A stretch of DNA of 64,000 nt, from the IMG/VR virus record IMGVR_UViG_3300017987_005500; one strand, 5' to 3'. A program made the position numbers and the translations under genes. Positions 19,093 to 29,581 of the stretch are shown here, piece by piece. The stretch comes from a virus. Taxonomy: Duplodnaviria > Heunggongvirae > Uroviricota > Caudoviricetes. The notes beneath the pieces were generated by a model. It worked only from the letters and a program-made list of their open reading frames with translations. It had not been told where the DNA came from and did no database searches. Every line of letters starts with the position of its first letter. Within the stretch, counting starts at the first letter, position 1.

Positions 19093-20328
19093 ATGCCTGA
19101 GAATATTGGTGAAAGAGTCGTAACCCCAACAAGGGGATGGGACTTTCAATTGATAATTAAAAATAGAGATTATTCTGCTGACATATTTAGAGTCCGTATA
19201 GTTTCGTCTATTACGGTTCCTTATCAAACTATATTCTTTGATGTTTTCATAGATCAAAATGATATTATATTGGATAAGATGTATGGACAGGATAAGATAA
19301 AACTTCAGGTAAGATTATTAGAGCAAAACTCCGCAATGCCAAAAGAGGAAATTGATTTTGAATTAATGTATGTAACTTCGGATTATCCATTAACAATGAA
19401 AAAACAGAAATCGGAGGGTGTTGAGAAAGACAGAGTTCCTGTAAGTTTTGTAACAGTGCCAAGAGCTGCATTTAAATCAGCTACCTCAATTGTGAATAAA
19501 ATATATTTAAAGAAGACGGCAAAAGAGATTGTTGAAGATATTGTTAAGACATTTACAAATGCTAAAATTGAACATGACACTGATGGAGTAAATCCTTTAG
19601 TTATTGATCAAGTAATTATTCCTCCAAAACCATTAATGAAATCAATTAGATATATTGATGAAACATTTGGAATTTTTTCAGGTCCTGTAGTGCAATTTAT
19701 TGATAAAGATAATAAACTCTTTGTGATAAATTTAAACAAAAAATTTGATAAGAATCAAACATTCACAGTTTATCAATTAGCATTGGATGCTGTTGATGAT
19801 GATATTATAGATAAATGTAGTGATGGTAAAAACTTTTATACATACTCAGATTTCAAAAGTCATTATTCTGGGAACTCTAAATTTACAACATTGGGTAAAC
19901 AGCAACATTATATTGTAAAACCAAGAGATAGTTTATCTTATACAATTAATCATGACGTAACTAAAATTATGGCAGACAATGGATTGATATTTAAAAATCC
20001 AAAACCTTACATTGATAATGTTATTGATGATAGACATAGAGTATATAATAATCACACAGGTTACGATTATGATGAAGTTTTTGCAATAGCTGGAATGACT
20101 CCTTCTCTTTCTAATATGGCAGGACTTTCAATAGATTTAGAAAAAAATTTACCAATAATGAGATTGATGGAAGTTGGAAGAACTGTTAAAGTCAATTCTG
20201 GAAATCAAGAAATGGTTGATCTTACTGGGAAATATATTTTAAAATCAAGTGATCTTGTATTTCATAGAGAAGGTGAATGGCAATCAACTGCAAAAATAAA
20301 TTTAATTCGCTCAAATAAAACAATTTAG
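19093..20328 (+). CDS. Putative baseplate hub/tail protein
   Basis: 411 aa, beta-rich, C-term GKYILKSSDLVF...STAKINL like hub (gp27/gpD) proteins; late motif upstream. Confidence 0.45.
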   Translation: MPENIGERVVTPTRGWDFQLIIKNRDYSADIFRVRIVSSITVPYQTIFFDVFIDQNDIILDKMYGQDKIKLQVRLLEQNSAMPKEEIDFELMYVTSDYPLTMKKQKSEGVEKDRVPVSFVTVPRAAFKSATSIVNKIYLKKTAKEIVEDIVKTFTNAKIEHDTDGVNPLVIDQVIIPPKPLMKSIRYIDETFGIFSGPVVQFIDKDNKLFVINLNKKFDKNQTFTVYQLALDAVDDDIIDKCSDGKNFYTYSDFKSHYSGNSKFTTLGKQQHYIVKPRDSLSYTINHDVTKIMADNGLIFKNPKPYIDNVIDDRHRVYNNHTGYDYDEVFAIAGMTPSLSNMAGLSIDLEKNLPIMRLMEVGRTVKVNSGNQEMVDLTGKYILKSSDLVFHREGEWQSTAKINLIRSNKTI

Positions 20329-20521
20329 ATACAACAAAAATTTGTGCTGGGCAGCGCCCAACACCCCAATCATCCTGGTTAATGAGGATGACTAGGCATT
20401 TGCCATAACCTAATCCTCCTCTATACTACGGGGTTTCTTTTGATACTCGTACAACTTTTTAGTTGGTTTATTAGATAAACCATTATAGCGTCACCTCCTT
20501 CCAAAACTTTATGTGCATACG

Positions 20522-20860
20522 TTAGTCAAAAAACTTAGCTTGCGTCTTAAGTGCAGCTGAAAGTTTTCTACTTTTAGTTTCGTTCCTACCTGCACGGTTT
20601 CCTCCAAAGTCAATTAATACAGTTCGGTCGCATTTTGTACAGTGACCTTTGTCGCTAAATACGAATCGTTTTCCCACGATTCTGTCTGGAGTGATTAACC
20701 CATTACATTTTTCATATGGACAAATTGCAGTGTTTAATCCCGGTTCTAATTTGACTGTTTTTAAATTCGTGGTTTTTCTTGGTACTTCTTTTGAATCAGT
20801 TTCAGTCCACCTCCTTTTACTCTTATGTGTCCTTTCGGTAAATACAAGGACCTCGCTCAT
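20522..20860 (-). CDS. Zn-ribbon-containing hypothetical protein
   Basis: CPYEKC...CTKC; RBS ggagg; preceded by CTATATATATTAAT. Confidence 0.65.
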   Translation of the reverse strand: MSEVLVFTERTHKSKRRWTETDSKEVPRKTTNLKTVKLEPGLNTAICPYEKCNGLITPDRIVGKRFVFSDKGHCTKCDRTVLIDFGGNRAGRNETKSRKLSAALKTQAKFFD

Positions 20861-20935
20861 AAAACCTCCAAAAATTAGAGTTATTATTTATGTGAGTTGC
20901 TATTAAAAAATCAAACCAACTCACTCCTTCTATAA

Positions 20936-20949
20936 ATTAATATATATAG
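20936..20949 (-). promoter_or_regulatory. Putative early-promoter motif CTATATATATTAAT
   Basis: Same motif upstream of several small non-structural genes. Confidence 0.6.
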
Positions 20950-20977
20950 CATAAGAATCCATTCTAAATTTTTTTTT

Positions 20978-20985
20978 AGAACAAA
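20978..20985 (+). promoter_or_regulatory. Putative late-promoter motif AGAACAAA
   Basis: 26 nt upstream of the terminase start. Confidence 0.55.
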
Positions 20986-21011
20986 ATAAAAATCCGTAAT
21001 ATGGAGAGTGT

Positions 21012-22676
21012 ATGGCAGCGACAGCACAAGTAACTAAAATGCAACAATTTGTATTGGAGTATTATAAGTGTAAGAAATCCTTTGATTATTTTTGCAGTAA
21101 TTATATTTATATAGAAATGCCAGGTAAGGACGTTTTACTTAAACCATATGCACCACAAAAGAATCTTATTGATTTAATTACACAAGATAAAATGGTTTTA
21201 GTCCTTAAAAGTAGACAAATAGGGATCTCTACAATTGTCCAAGCATATTGTTGTTGGTTAGTTACCTTTTATAAGAACACAGTTGTTGGTATTATTTCAA
21301 AAGATGGAAGAGAAGCTACAGACTTTGCAAGAACAACAAGAGGAATGTTTGAAAAACTCCCATTATGGATGAAACCTAAAAATGGTGTTCAAGGTCCTGG
21401 ATTTGCAAAGAGAACTGAACAATCATTTATATTAACCAATGGATCAAAAGTATATGCTTCAACTGTAAATCCAAATGCTCCAGAGAAGACTCTTCGTGGT
21501 AAGGCAATTACATTCTTAATAATTGATGAGGCAGCTTTCGTCAATAAGGTTGATGATGCTTGGACTTCAATGGTACCTGCTTTATCAACAAATCAAATGC
21601 ATGCAAGAAAGAATAATGTTCCTTATGGCACAATTGTATTATCAACACCAAATAAAACAGTTGGAGTTGGTAAATGGTTTTTTGAGAGATATACAAAAGC
21701 TATAAATGGTGATGGCATTATGAAACCATTCACAATTCATTGGCAAGATGTTGCTGAGTTAGCTGATGATCCTGATTGGTATAAATTACAATGTGAGTTA
21801 TTTGATAATGACCCAAAGAAAATCCAACAAGAGCTTGAATTGAAATTCCTTGGTAGCAGTGGGTCTTTCTTTGAGGAAGATATAATTGAGAAATTACAAG
21901 AGTTAGCAATTGAACCAATTGAAAGACTTAAAATATTCAATGGAGAAATATGGAAATTTCAACAACCTATTCCAGGAAGATATTATATAATTGGAGTTGA
22001 TACAGCACCTGAACATGGACTTGATAAATCAGCAATTGCAGTTTATGATTATCAAACTATGGAGCAGGTATGGGAATATCAAGGTAAATGTAAAGTCTTA
22101 GATTTTGTTAAAGTTGTTAAAGTTGCATGTGCTCAATATCCAGGATTATGTGTAATTGAAAATAACTCATATGGAAACCAAGTTGTTGAACATATGAATG
22201 CTAGCGAATTTTCAACTATGGTTTATAAAGAGAAAAGAGGAAAGAACACAGTTGTTCCTGGACTCAGTACAAATTCAAAGACACGCCCATTAATGATCGA
22301 CTCATTATATTCATACATTACTGAGTTCACAGAAATTGTAAATTCAAAAAGATTAGCATTAGAGTTAGTTGGACTTGTGTCAAAATCAAGTGGAAGAGTT
22401 GAAGCAGATAGTGATTGTCATGATGATATTGTAATGGCAACTGCGTGTTGTACATATGTAAGAAAATATGACCCACCATTATTAATTGATACATCTGTAT
22501 CAACTCTTGTTCAGCAAGAATTTTCAAATATTATGGGTATGAATGATGACTTATCTTTAACTGAATTTAGTAATGCTAAATTGATAAAACATATTAAAGC
22601 TAACTTAGATGGTGAGAATTTAAATAGAGATGAACAAGGAGTCATTGACGTATTAGGAATGTACGGAATACATTAA
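21012..22676 (+). CDS. terL: Terminase large subunit (T4 gp17-like)
   Basis: Walker A LKSRQIGIST, Walker B LIIDEAAF, STP coupling motif, nuclease IGVDTA and HDDIVMA. Confidence 0.95.
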   Translation: MAATAQVTKMQQFVLEYYKCKKSFDYFCSNYIYIEMPGKDVLLKPYAPQKNLIDLITQDKMVLVLKSRQIGISTIVQAYCCWLVTFYKNTVVGIISKDGREATDFARTTRGMFEKLPLWMKPKNGVQGPGFAKRTEQSFILTNGSKVYASTVNPNAPEKTLRGKAITFLIIDEAAFVNKVDDAWTSMVPALSTNQMHARKNNVPYGTIVLSTPNKTVGVGKWFFERYTKAINGDGIMKPFTIHWQDVAELADDPDWYKLQCELFDNDPKKIQQELELKFLGSSGSFFEEDIIEKLQELAIEPIERLKIFNGEIWKFQQPIPGRYYIIGVDTAPEHGLDKSAIAVYDYQTMEQVWEYQGKCKVLDFVKVVKVACAQYPGLCVIENNSYGNQVVEHMNASEFSTMVYKEKRGKNTVVPGLSTNSKTRPLMIDSLYSYITEFTEIVNSKRLALELVGLVSKSSGRVEADSDCHDDIVMATACCTYVRKYDPPLLIDTSVSTLVQQEFSNIMGMNDDLSLTEFSNAKLIKHIKANLDGENLNRDEQGVIDVLGMYGIH

Positions 22677-22728
22677 TGAAAATTCCAAACAATAATTTAT
22701 TATTGTATTTAATATATATGGAGAAATT

Positions 22729-23637
22729 ATGGATAGATTAGGCGAAAATCAACAAACTTTGCAGGAATTTTTTGCTGCTCCAACAGGTCTCAAAAAGGTT
22801 GCATCTCTTGATGGAGAGGACTTATTTGGTTCACCTTCATTGAATTTATCATTCTTAAAATCTATGAGTGAATCTTCAAGAGCAAAACCATTGATGAAGA
22901 CAATGACTCGATTAGTTATGAATAAGAAACTTGTCCCATGTTGGATGAATAAAAATATACTAAAGTTTTATAAGTTTAAGATTTTCGGTCCAGCTCATAA
23001 GAAAATTGGAGCTGCATTTTATGCTCCTAAACATGGTAAAATATTTGTATTAATTGATAATAATATAAGCTCATTTGGATTTGCTTCAAATGATTGGTTA
23101 GCTGTATTAACTATTCATGAGATGTGTCATTTAATGGTTGGATTAAAACCAGCTCAATTTAAATCTTCATTTAAACCAATATATACAGAGTTTTATAAAA
23201 ATTATTTTGTTGATGCATTTAAGTTAACCAAACAACCAAGAGTTGATAAATTTACTAATTTTATTTATCAAAACTTTGATGTTAAATCTAAATTATCATA
23301 TGCTCTATTTAAAAAATATAGAGAACACCTTGATGAATTTAAATCCTTATCTGTATTAAAAGATAAAGAATTTGATATGATGGCAGATCTTATTGTAAAT
23401 GCTATACTTTTATCAGTAATTAATTTTAATATATTTTCAAATAATTATTATAAAAAGTATGCATCTGTAGTAAGACCAATAATTAATTCTTATAAAACAT
23501 TAGTAGGAAATAAGATTACAAATGTTAATAGTATGTTTTATCAAGAGTTATATATACCATCTGAAGTCATTGCAATTTTATCTGAAATACCTTCTTCATA
23601 TTCATCAAAAATATATTCAGGACTTTCAAAATTATAG
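22729..23637 (+). CDS. Putative zinc metallopeptidase
   Basis: AAFY...IHEMCH HExxH motif; late E in PSEVIA. Confidence 0.55.
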   Translation: MDRLGENQQTLQEFFAAPTGLKKVASLDGEDLFGSPSLNLSFLKSMSESSRAKPLMKTMTRLVMNKKLVPCWMNKNILKFYKFKIFGPAHKKIGAAFYAPKHGKIFVLIDNNISSFGFASNDWLAVLTIHEMCHLMVGLKPAQFKSSFKPIYTEFYKNYFVDAFKLTKQPRVDKFTNFIYQNFDVKSKLSYALFKKYREHLDEFKSLSVLKDKEFDMMADLIVNAILLSVINFNIFSNNYYKKYASVVRPIINSYKTLVGNKITNVNSMFYQELYIPSEVIAILSEIPSSYSSKIYSGLSKL

Positions 23638-23648
23638 GAGTTTGATTA

Positions 23649-26600
23649 ATGGCCGATTCGACTAATATAAATGATAAACCTGCATCTGAGTCTACAAAGT
23701 TAGAAGCAAAGCAGGCAAGTCAAGTTAGTTCTTTATCTTCATTTACTATGAAGATGCAAGAGCAAACTAAAAAAGATATTAAATCCATGGAAGATCGTAT
23801 AGACTCTGTCATGAGATTTCAAGCCATGTCTAAAAAAAGAGCAGAGTATGCAGCGAAAGCAATTGATTCAAGTACGAAATCAAATAAACAATTAGCATCC
23901 TCGACTTCTAAAATTCTTGGAAGCATGAATAATACAATAAAGCAATTAGCTGTTGGAACTCAAAAGATCACCACATCAACCGCAGTTGGTTCAAAAGATA
24001 TGTTGAAACAATATGGTAAAGCAATAAGCGAAGATGTGAATTACAATAAACAAAATATGGTAGCAACTGCTCTATCTCAATCAACTCCTATATTTGGATA
24101 CTTTGCAGCAAAATTCATGGAAACTGATGTATTTCAAGGTGCTGCAGATAGAATAAAACTTAGATTAGGAGATGCTGTTAAAGATGCATTTCAAGTTTCA
24201 AAAGGAATGTTAAGAACAGCTAAAGATAAAGTTTCAGATATATTTACACGCTCTGGAAAAGTTGAATATTCAGATGAGTCTAAAAGATATCTTGGGGATA
24301 CTGCAATTGCAGTTAAAGATGCTAAAGATAAAATTACTGGCAAATTTAAGAAACCTATACAAAAAGCTGCCAGAGGTGGTTATGTAGATGAGACTGGAGT
24401 TGTTAAAGTACATAAGGGAGAAGTTATAACTCCAATTGAAAAACTTCCTCAAATTGCTGAAGCAATGACAAGAATGAGGAGAGTTGCTGATACACCTACT
24501 GGAACATCTGTTCATGGGTTGATTAAAGTAATGGCAGATAATGCTGTATCAATGGAAGACTTCGTTGGTGAACAGCAAAAAATGAATAGATCTTTAACTA
24601 AAAGTTTTATAGCAGGATGGAAAGAAGCAAGATCTCCAAAGAAGAAATCATTTGAAAATCGTATGTTAAAGGCAACTCTTGAAATGAAAGTTGCAATGGT
24701 TGGAATGACATCTCGAATGAAAATCGCTTGGCAGAGAGTTTTAACAGAACATCCATTATTCAGAAATTTACTTGGAGTTTCTGAAATTTTAAAGACAAGT
24801 ATATTTACTCCAATACAATTCTTATTTGGAATGAGAGGTGGATATAGAAAATATCTTCCTAAAGGATTAAATAATTTTCAAAATATTAGTCAAATCTTAA
24901 ATATTACATTTGTTCAGCAAATGCAAAAATTAGATAAAATAATCTTTTATCTAAAAACTCTTACAGAAGGAACTGTTGGAGAATCTGGAGATGTATTATT
25001 ACAAAGATGGAAAGAAGAAGATAAAAAGAATCAAGATAAATGGAGTGTTGCATCAAGAATTAGAAATAAACTGAAGGGTGGACCAAAAGAAAAGAAAAGT
25101 CTTGGTGAACTTGGTCTTGCTAAATTAACTGCAAGATTAGGATTGGATAAAGAATCTCTTGATAAAGCAGGTATTACAACTTTATTGCATATATTATCAC
25201 CGAAAAAAGTTCTTAAAGGAATGGGTGTTAGTAAAGAAAGTACTCGAGATTATAGAACACAAGCTGGTCAGGCGGCAGAGAAAGCGAAATGGTACGCAGG
25301 TTATGGTGCTGATGAAGCTAGAATGTATGGCGAGATGGGTAAAGAAAAAATGAAGGACAAAGCTTCTGAAATGAATCGCAATCTCAAAAAGAAAGCAGAT
25401 AGAGCAAAATGGTATGCTGGATATGGTGCTGACGAAGCTAAGATGTATGGGGGAATGCTTAGAGATAAAATGCCATTTCTCGCAGATGGTGGATTATTAA
25501 AAAGGACTGGTCCAATATATGCTCATAAAGGAGAAATGGTATTACCAGCTGATAAGATGAATAGTCTTATTGATAGTTTTAATGAATCTGCTAAAATATT
25601 TAAAGATACTGCTAATCAGAAAAAAGAAAGAGCTAAATGGCGATATGGTTATGCAAAAGACGAAGCTAAGATGTATGGTGAATCTGTAAAAGAAAAAGCT
25701 GGAAAAGTAGGTGGATTATTTAGAAATATTGGAAGATTCTTTGGAATTGGATTAACATACGAAGAGAAGTTAGAACGTCAACAAAAGAAACATGATAAGG
25801 AGATGAGAAAGAAAAGAAAAAAATGGCATAAATTTGATAATAAATTCTTTACCGCAATGGAAAAGGATTATCAAAAACATCTTAAACGCTCAACAAAAAT
25901 AGCAACACGCATTGAAGGTTTTATAGAAAAGAGAACTACTAGGTTTACTAATTTTAAAACCAAATTAGCTGAGAAGCTTGAAAAAGGTATTGAAAAGATT
26001 AAAACAAAGGGTGAAAAGAATCGCCAAAGAACTTTAGATACAATCGCTAAAGATGGTATTAAAAAGAGAAAGAAGATAGAAGAATATTGGGATTCTAGAG
26101 CTCTCAAACATCAACAAAAACGATTATCTAAAATAAGAAAAGCTCAAGATAAAATATTTGGTAAACATAAAAATATAATGAAGTATTTCTTTAACAAGCA
26201 ACATCGTTTTGAAATGCAACAGGAGAGAAAAAGAAAGAAGATAGCAAAACAACAAGAGAAGGTTGAGAAAAAGAGAAATAAAGCTCTTAATAAAGTCAAA
26301 GATCTTAAATTAAAAATTGAAAAGAATAGAGAGAAATGGCAAACCAAATTAGAAGCTAAGAAGAAAAAGATGGAAGAGAGATTAGAAACTCGTAGAGCTA
26401 AATTAGAAGGAAGAGTTAAATTTCTCCAGCTAAAGAAACAAATGAAAGAAGATGAGCAAAAAGCAAAAATCCAAAGAATTAGAGATAAAGCTTTAATGAA
26501 GTTAGAGCAGAAAAAAGCTAAAGCAGAAATGAAAGTTAGAATGAAAGAAATGAAAGCAGAAACTGCTAAGTTAAAGAAACAAATGAAAGAAGAAAAAGCA

Positions 26601-28250
26601 AAATTGAAAGCTGAATTAAAGCAAGCAAGAAAAGATCAGTGGGAACAAAGAAAAATATTATTTAAAGAAAGACTTGACTATTTAAAAAATACTCCAAGAC
26701 GATTAGCTGAATTTAGAAAACAATTTGGAAAAGATACTAAAGAGAGAATTGAGTTAGCTAAACAACAATTATATAAACTCAATAAATTAGAAGGTGTTCT
26801 TCAAAGTACTAAAGATGCACTTTATAAAGGTTTTGGATTTATCAAGAAAATAACAACTGGAGCATTCAAATGGATTATGATAGCTGGTGCTTTTCTTAAA
26901 GATATTATATTTGGAGGATTTAAAACTTTTATAGTTCCTGCTATGGCAACTGCATTTGGTGCTGTAGTTGGTGGAGCAAAATCAGTAATTGCCACAATTG
27001 CCGGGAAAGCTGCATTGCAAGCAGGAGGAATGGGTGCTGGAGCAGCGGGTATTGCTGGAGTTGGAGTTGGCGGTTATATGGCAGTTAAAGATGCCATGGC
27101 AGCAAGAAAGAATGCTAAAGAATGGGGAACTTCAAAACTTGGAGCAACTCTCGGTGGAGCTTTGGGAGGAACTGAAGCAGGTGGGAAAGGAGCGAAAAGA
27201 GGTGCTTTAAAAGGCGCAGCACTCGGAGCAGGTATTGGGTCATTCATACCCGGAGTCGGTACATTAGTTGGTGGCGCAGTTGGAGCAATTGCCGGTGGAC
27301 TTATGGGAGCTCTTGGAGGAAAGAATATAGCAAAAGGAATGGACTTCATTGCACAGAGTATAAAGAAATTGGTAAAAGGAGTTTATAATTTTGTGACATT
27401 CCCAGTAAGATTTGCATGGAAAGTTATTAAGACAACTATATCTGATTTTAAAGAAGCTTATAAGAAAAAAGGTGGAATTGGATTAATAACAGAGATGGCA
27501 AAGAAAACATTGAAATTGGCATTATTTCCTATATATCTTCCTATTAAAATAATGACATCTCTTAGTGAAAAAATTAGAGATTTAGCTAAAGGTGCTGGAA
27601 AGAAAGCATGGGATAAAATTAAATTTGAAGTAATGATGCCATTCAAATGGGTAGGAAGTTTATTCACTAATTTATTTTCAACAATTAAAGAATTTTTAGT
27701 TGATAAATTAAGAGGAATACCATTTGTTGGAGAAAAGATAGCTAAATGGGCAGACGGTATGTCATCAACTCCAACTGAGGCAGCTGATAAAGTCAATGTT
27801 GAAGCATCAGCTGCAACAAAGACAAAACCTTGGACATCATATGATGCTTATCAATCTAAAATGTCTGGAGTTCCTCAAGCAGCAGTAGGAGGACTTGTAA
27901 CTAAGACAGGACTTGTTAAAGTTCATGCTGGAGAATTAATATCTCCAATTTCAGATGAAATTAAAGAAAGAATTGAAAATGCTGTAACTTCAGGTTCTGA
28001 CATTGCTAAAAAGGATGCTATAAGTGATACCGCTAAAACTAAATTTCTTATTCAAGAACAAGCAAAAGCTCAAAAAGAAGCAATGGATGATTTTGCTAAG
28101 ACGAACTCATTGACAACTGCCACAGTTATTAATAACATTACAAATTCAATGTCAAGCTCAATGCAATCAATTGCTAATAATATGGGCAATCAAGATAGAG
28201 GTCACTTTGACCCATTAGCTAAACAAATTTTAGAAGGAGATATAAACTAA
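23649..28250 (+). CDS. Tape measure-like protein
   Basis: 1533 aa, helical/coiled-coil, Gly-Ala-rich hydrophobic region, three AxGG(x)VxxTGxxxxHxGE motifs typical of tape measures. Confidence 0.75.
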   Translation: MADSTNINDKPASESTKLEAKQASQVSSLSSFTMKMQEQTKKDIKSMEDRIDSVMRFQAMSKKRAEYAAKAIDSSTKSNKQLASSTSKILGSMNNTIKQLAVGTQKITTSTAVGSKDMLKQYGKAISEDVNYNKQNMVATALSQSTPIFGYFAAKFMETDVFQGAADRIKLRLGDAVKDAFQVSKGMLRTAKDKVSDIFTRSGKVEYSDESKRYLGDTAIAVKDAKDKITGKFKKPIQKAARGGYVDETGVVKVHKGEVITPIEKLPQIAEAMTRMRRVADTPTGTSVHGLIKVMADNAVSMEDFVGEQQKMNRSLTKSFIAGWKEARSPKKKSFENRMLKATLEMKVAMVGMTSRMKIAWQRVLTEHPLFRNLLGVSEILKTSIFTPIQFLFGMRGGYRKYLPKGLNNFQNISQILNITFVQQMQKLDKIIFYLKTLTEGTVGESGDVLLQRWKEEDKKNQDKWSVASRIRNKLKGGPKEKKSLGELGLAKLTARLGLDKESLDKAGITTLLHILSPKKVLKGMGVSKESTRDYRTQAGQAAEKAKWYAGYGADEARMYGEMGKEKMKDKASEMNRNLKKKADRAKWYAGYGADEAKMYGGMLRDKMPFLADGGLLKRTGPIYAHKGEMVLPADKMNSLIDSFNESAKIFKDTANQKKERAKWRYGYAKDEAKMYGESVKEKAGKVGGLFRNIGRFFGIGLTYEEKLERQQKKHDKEMRKKRKKWHKFDNKFFTAMEKDYQKHLKRSTKIATRIEGFIEKRTTRFTNFKTKLAEKLEKGIEKIKTKGEKNRQRTLDTIAKDGIKKRKKIEEYWDSRALKHQQKRLSKIRKAQDKIFGKHKNIMKYFFNKQHRFEMQQERKRKKIAKQQEKVEKKRNKALNKVKDLKLKIEKNREKWQTKLEAKKKKMEERLETRRAKLEGRVKFLQLKKQMKEDEQKAKIQRIRDKALMKLEQKKAKAEMKVRMKEMKAETAKLKKQMKEEKAKLKAELKQARKDQWEQRKILFKERLDYLKNTPRRLAEFRKQFGKDTKERIELAKQQLYKLNKLEGVLQSTKDALYKGFGFIKKITTGAFKWIMIAGAFLKDIIFGGFKTFIVPAMATAFGAVVGGAKSVIATIAGKAALQAGGMGAGAAGIAGVGVGGYMAVKDAMAARKNAKEWGTSKLGATLGGALGGTEAGGKGAKRGALKGAALGAGIGSFIPGVGTLVGGAVGAIAGGLMGALGGKNIAKGMDFIAQSIKKLVKGVYNFVTFPVRFAWKVIKTTISDFKEAYKKKGGIGLITEMAKKTLKLALFPIYLPIKIMTSLSEKIRDLAKGAGKKAWDKIKFEVMMPFKWVGSLFTNLFSTIKEFLVDKLRGIPFVGEKIAKWADGMSSTPTEAADKVNVEASAATKTKPWTSYDAYQSKMSGVPQAAVGGLVTKTGLVKVHAGELISPISDEIKERIENAVTSGSDIAKKDAISDTAKTKFLIQEQAKAQKEAMDDFAKTNSLTTATVINNITNSMSSSMQSIANNMGNQDRGHFDPLAKQILEGDIN

Positions 28251-29581
28251 TGGCTTTACGAATGACACAGCTTCCTAAATACTTTGGAATGCCTCCTGAT
28301 ACATTAGTAAGTGAGAATGCTAAATTTAATTCAATGCCTGTACTTGAAATAGTTCCTCATTTACCTAAATTTCAAAGAGGTTTGAGTCTATTCAAACTTG
28401 ATAAAGCATGGGATGGAAATAATGGTTATAAAGCTCTTCTTGAAACATATGGTTATCAATTAGATTCAACTCCTATAAGACTTGCATTTTTAGCAGATAA
28501 TTTTCCAACAGATTCTTTTTCAAATGAATATTCTGATAGTTTTTTAAATAGAGTTACAGACGTTGCATCATCTGCAGCAGCTGAACTTGCTCAAATAACA
28601 GGATCTCGAAGTGCTGGAGAGGGAGCTGATAAAATAATTGCCGCCTTAAAAGAAGCAGGTGGAATGGCAGGAGCATTAGGAAGTGGAGTTTCAGCTGGAA
28701 AAGCAGGAGTTGAAAATGTAGGAAATGCTCTTGCAAATTCAATACCTTCTTTAAAAGGAGGAGGCGCTGTATTATCATCTATCATGGCAGGAGCAAGAGT
28801 CGACTTTCCACAAATTTGGAAAAATAGTGGGTTTCAACCATCTTATTCAATAACATGCCGATTATACAATCCTGCTCCAGGAAATGCTGAAGCAACTGAG
28901 AAATATATAATAGGTCCTATTGCTGCTATATTATGTCTTAATTTGCCTCAAACTAAAGATGGTCATACTTACAGCTGGCCATTTTTACATAAAATTAAAT
29001 GTCGAGGATTATTTGATTTAAGAGCTGCATTTATAAGCAACATCACTATAATCAAAGGTGGAGATCAACAACAAATTGCTTGGAATCAAAGACTTGGAAT
29101 TGTTGATATAAGAATTGACTTTGGTGGATTATATTCAAGTATGTTGGCAGGAGCTGATGATGGAAATCCAGATAAATCAACTTTGGAAGCTTATCTTGAT
29201 ATTTTAAGAGATGAAGATACAGCAAGAGATATGTATACAGATCCTAAGAATGGAGAACATCATGGACCTGGCAAATATGTACCAGGAATTAAGAGTCAAG
29301 CAGCTTTGGCCGCTAATGAAAGAAACTTAAATCTTAAACAAAATATTGCAGGACGAACTAGCGGTTATAAAATAGAAGGTCCTGGATATAAGGAAACTGT
29401 AACGAGCGCAACTTCAGCTGGTCAAGTAGTTCCTCCACAAAAACAATTTTCTCACACAATGGGTGGTGCTGAAAATGTAACTGACACTGAGAATTTTCAA
29501 ACTGAAGCGGGAGATCGTGTTAGTGCTGAGGATAAGGCAACATCTGATTATTTAGATAGTTTAATGCCTCAAATTGGTTAA
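28250..29581 (+). CDS. Putative tail tube initiator/baseplate protein
   Basis: Coupled to the tape measure; FPQIWKNS...YSITCRL...AFISNITI resembles tube-fold (gp48/gp54-like) proteins. Confidence 0.5.
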   Translation: MALRMTQLPKYFGMPPDTLVSENAKFNSMPVLEIVPHLPKFQRGLSLFKLDKAWDGNNGYKALLETYGYQLDSTPIRLAFLADNFPTDSFSNEYSDSFLNRVTDVASSAAAELAQITGSRSAGEGADKIIAALKEAGGMAGALGSGVSAGKAGVENVGNALANSIPSLKGGGAVLSSIMAGARVDFPQIWKNSGFQPSYSITCRLYNPAPGNAEATEKYIIGPIAAILCLNLPQTKDGHTYSWPFLHKIKCRGLFDLRAAFISNITIIKGGDQQQIAWNQRLGIVDIRIDFGGLYSSMLAGADDGNPDKSTLEAYLDILRDEDTARDMYTDPKNGEHHGPGKYVPGIKSQAALAANERNLNLKQNIAGRTSGYKIEGPGYKETVTSATSAGQVVPPQKQFSHTMGGAENVTDTENFQTEAGDRVSAEDKATSDYLDSLMPQIG

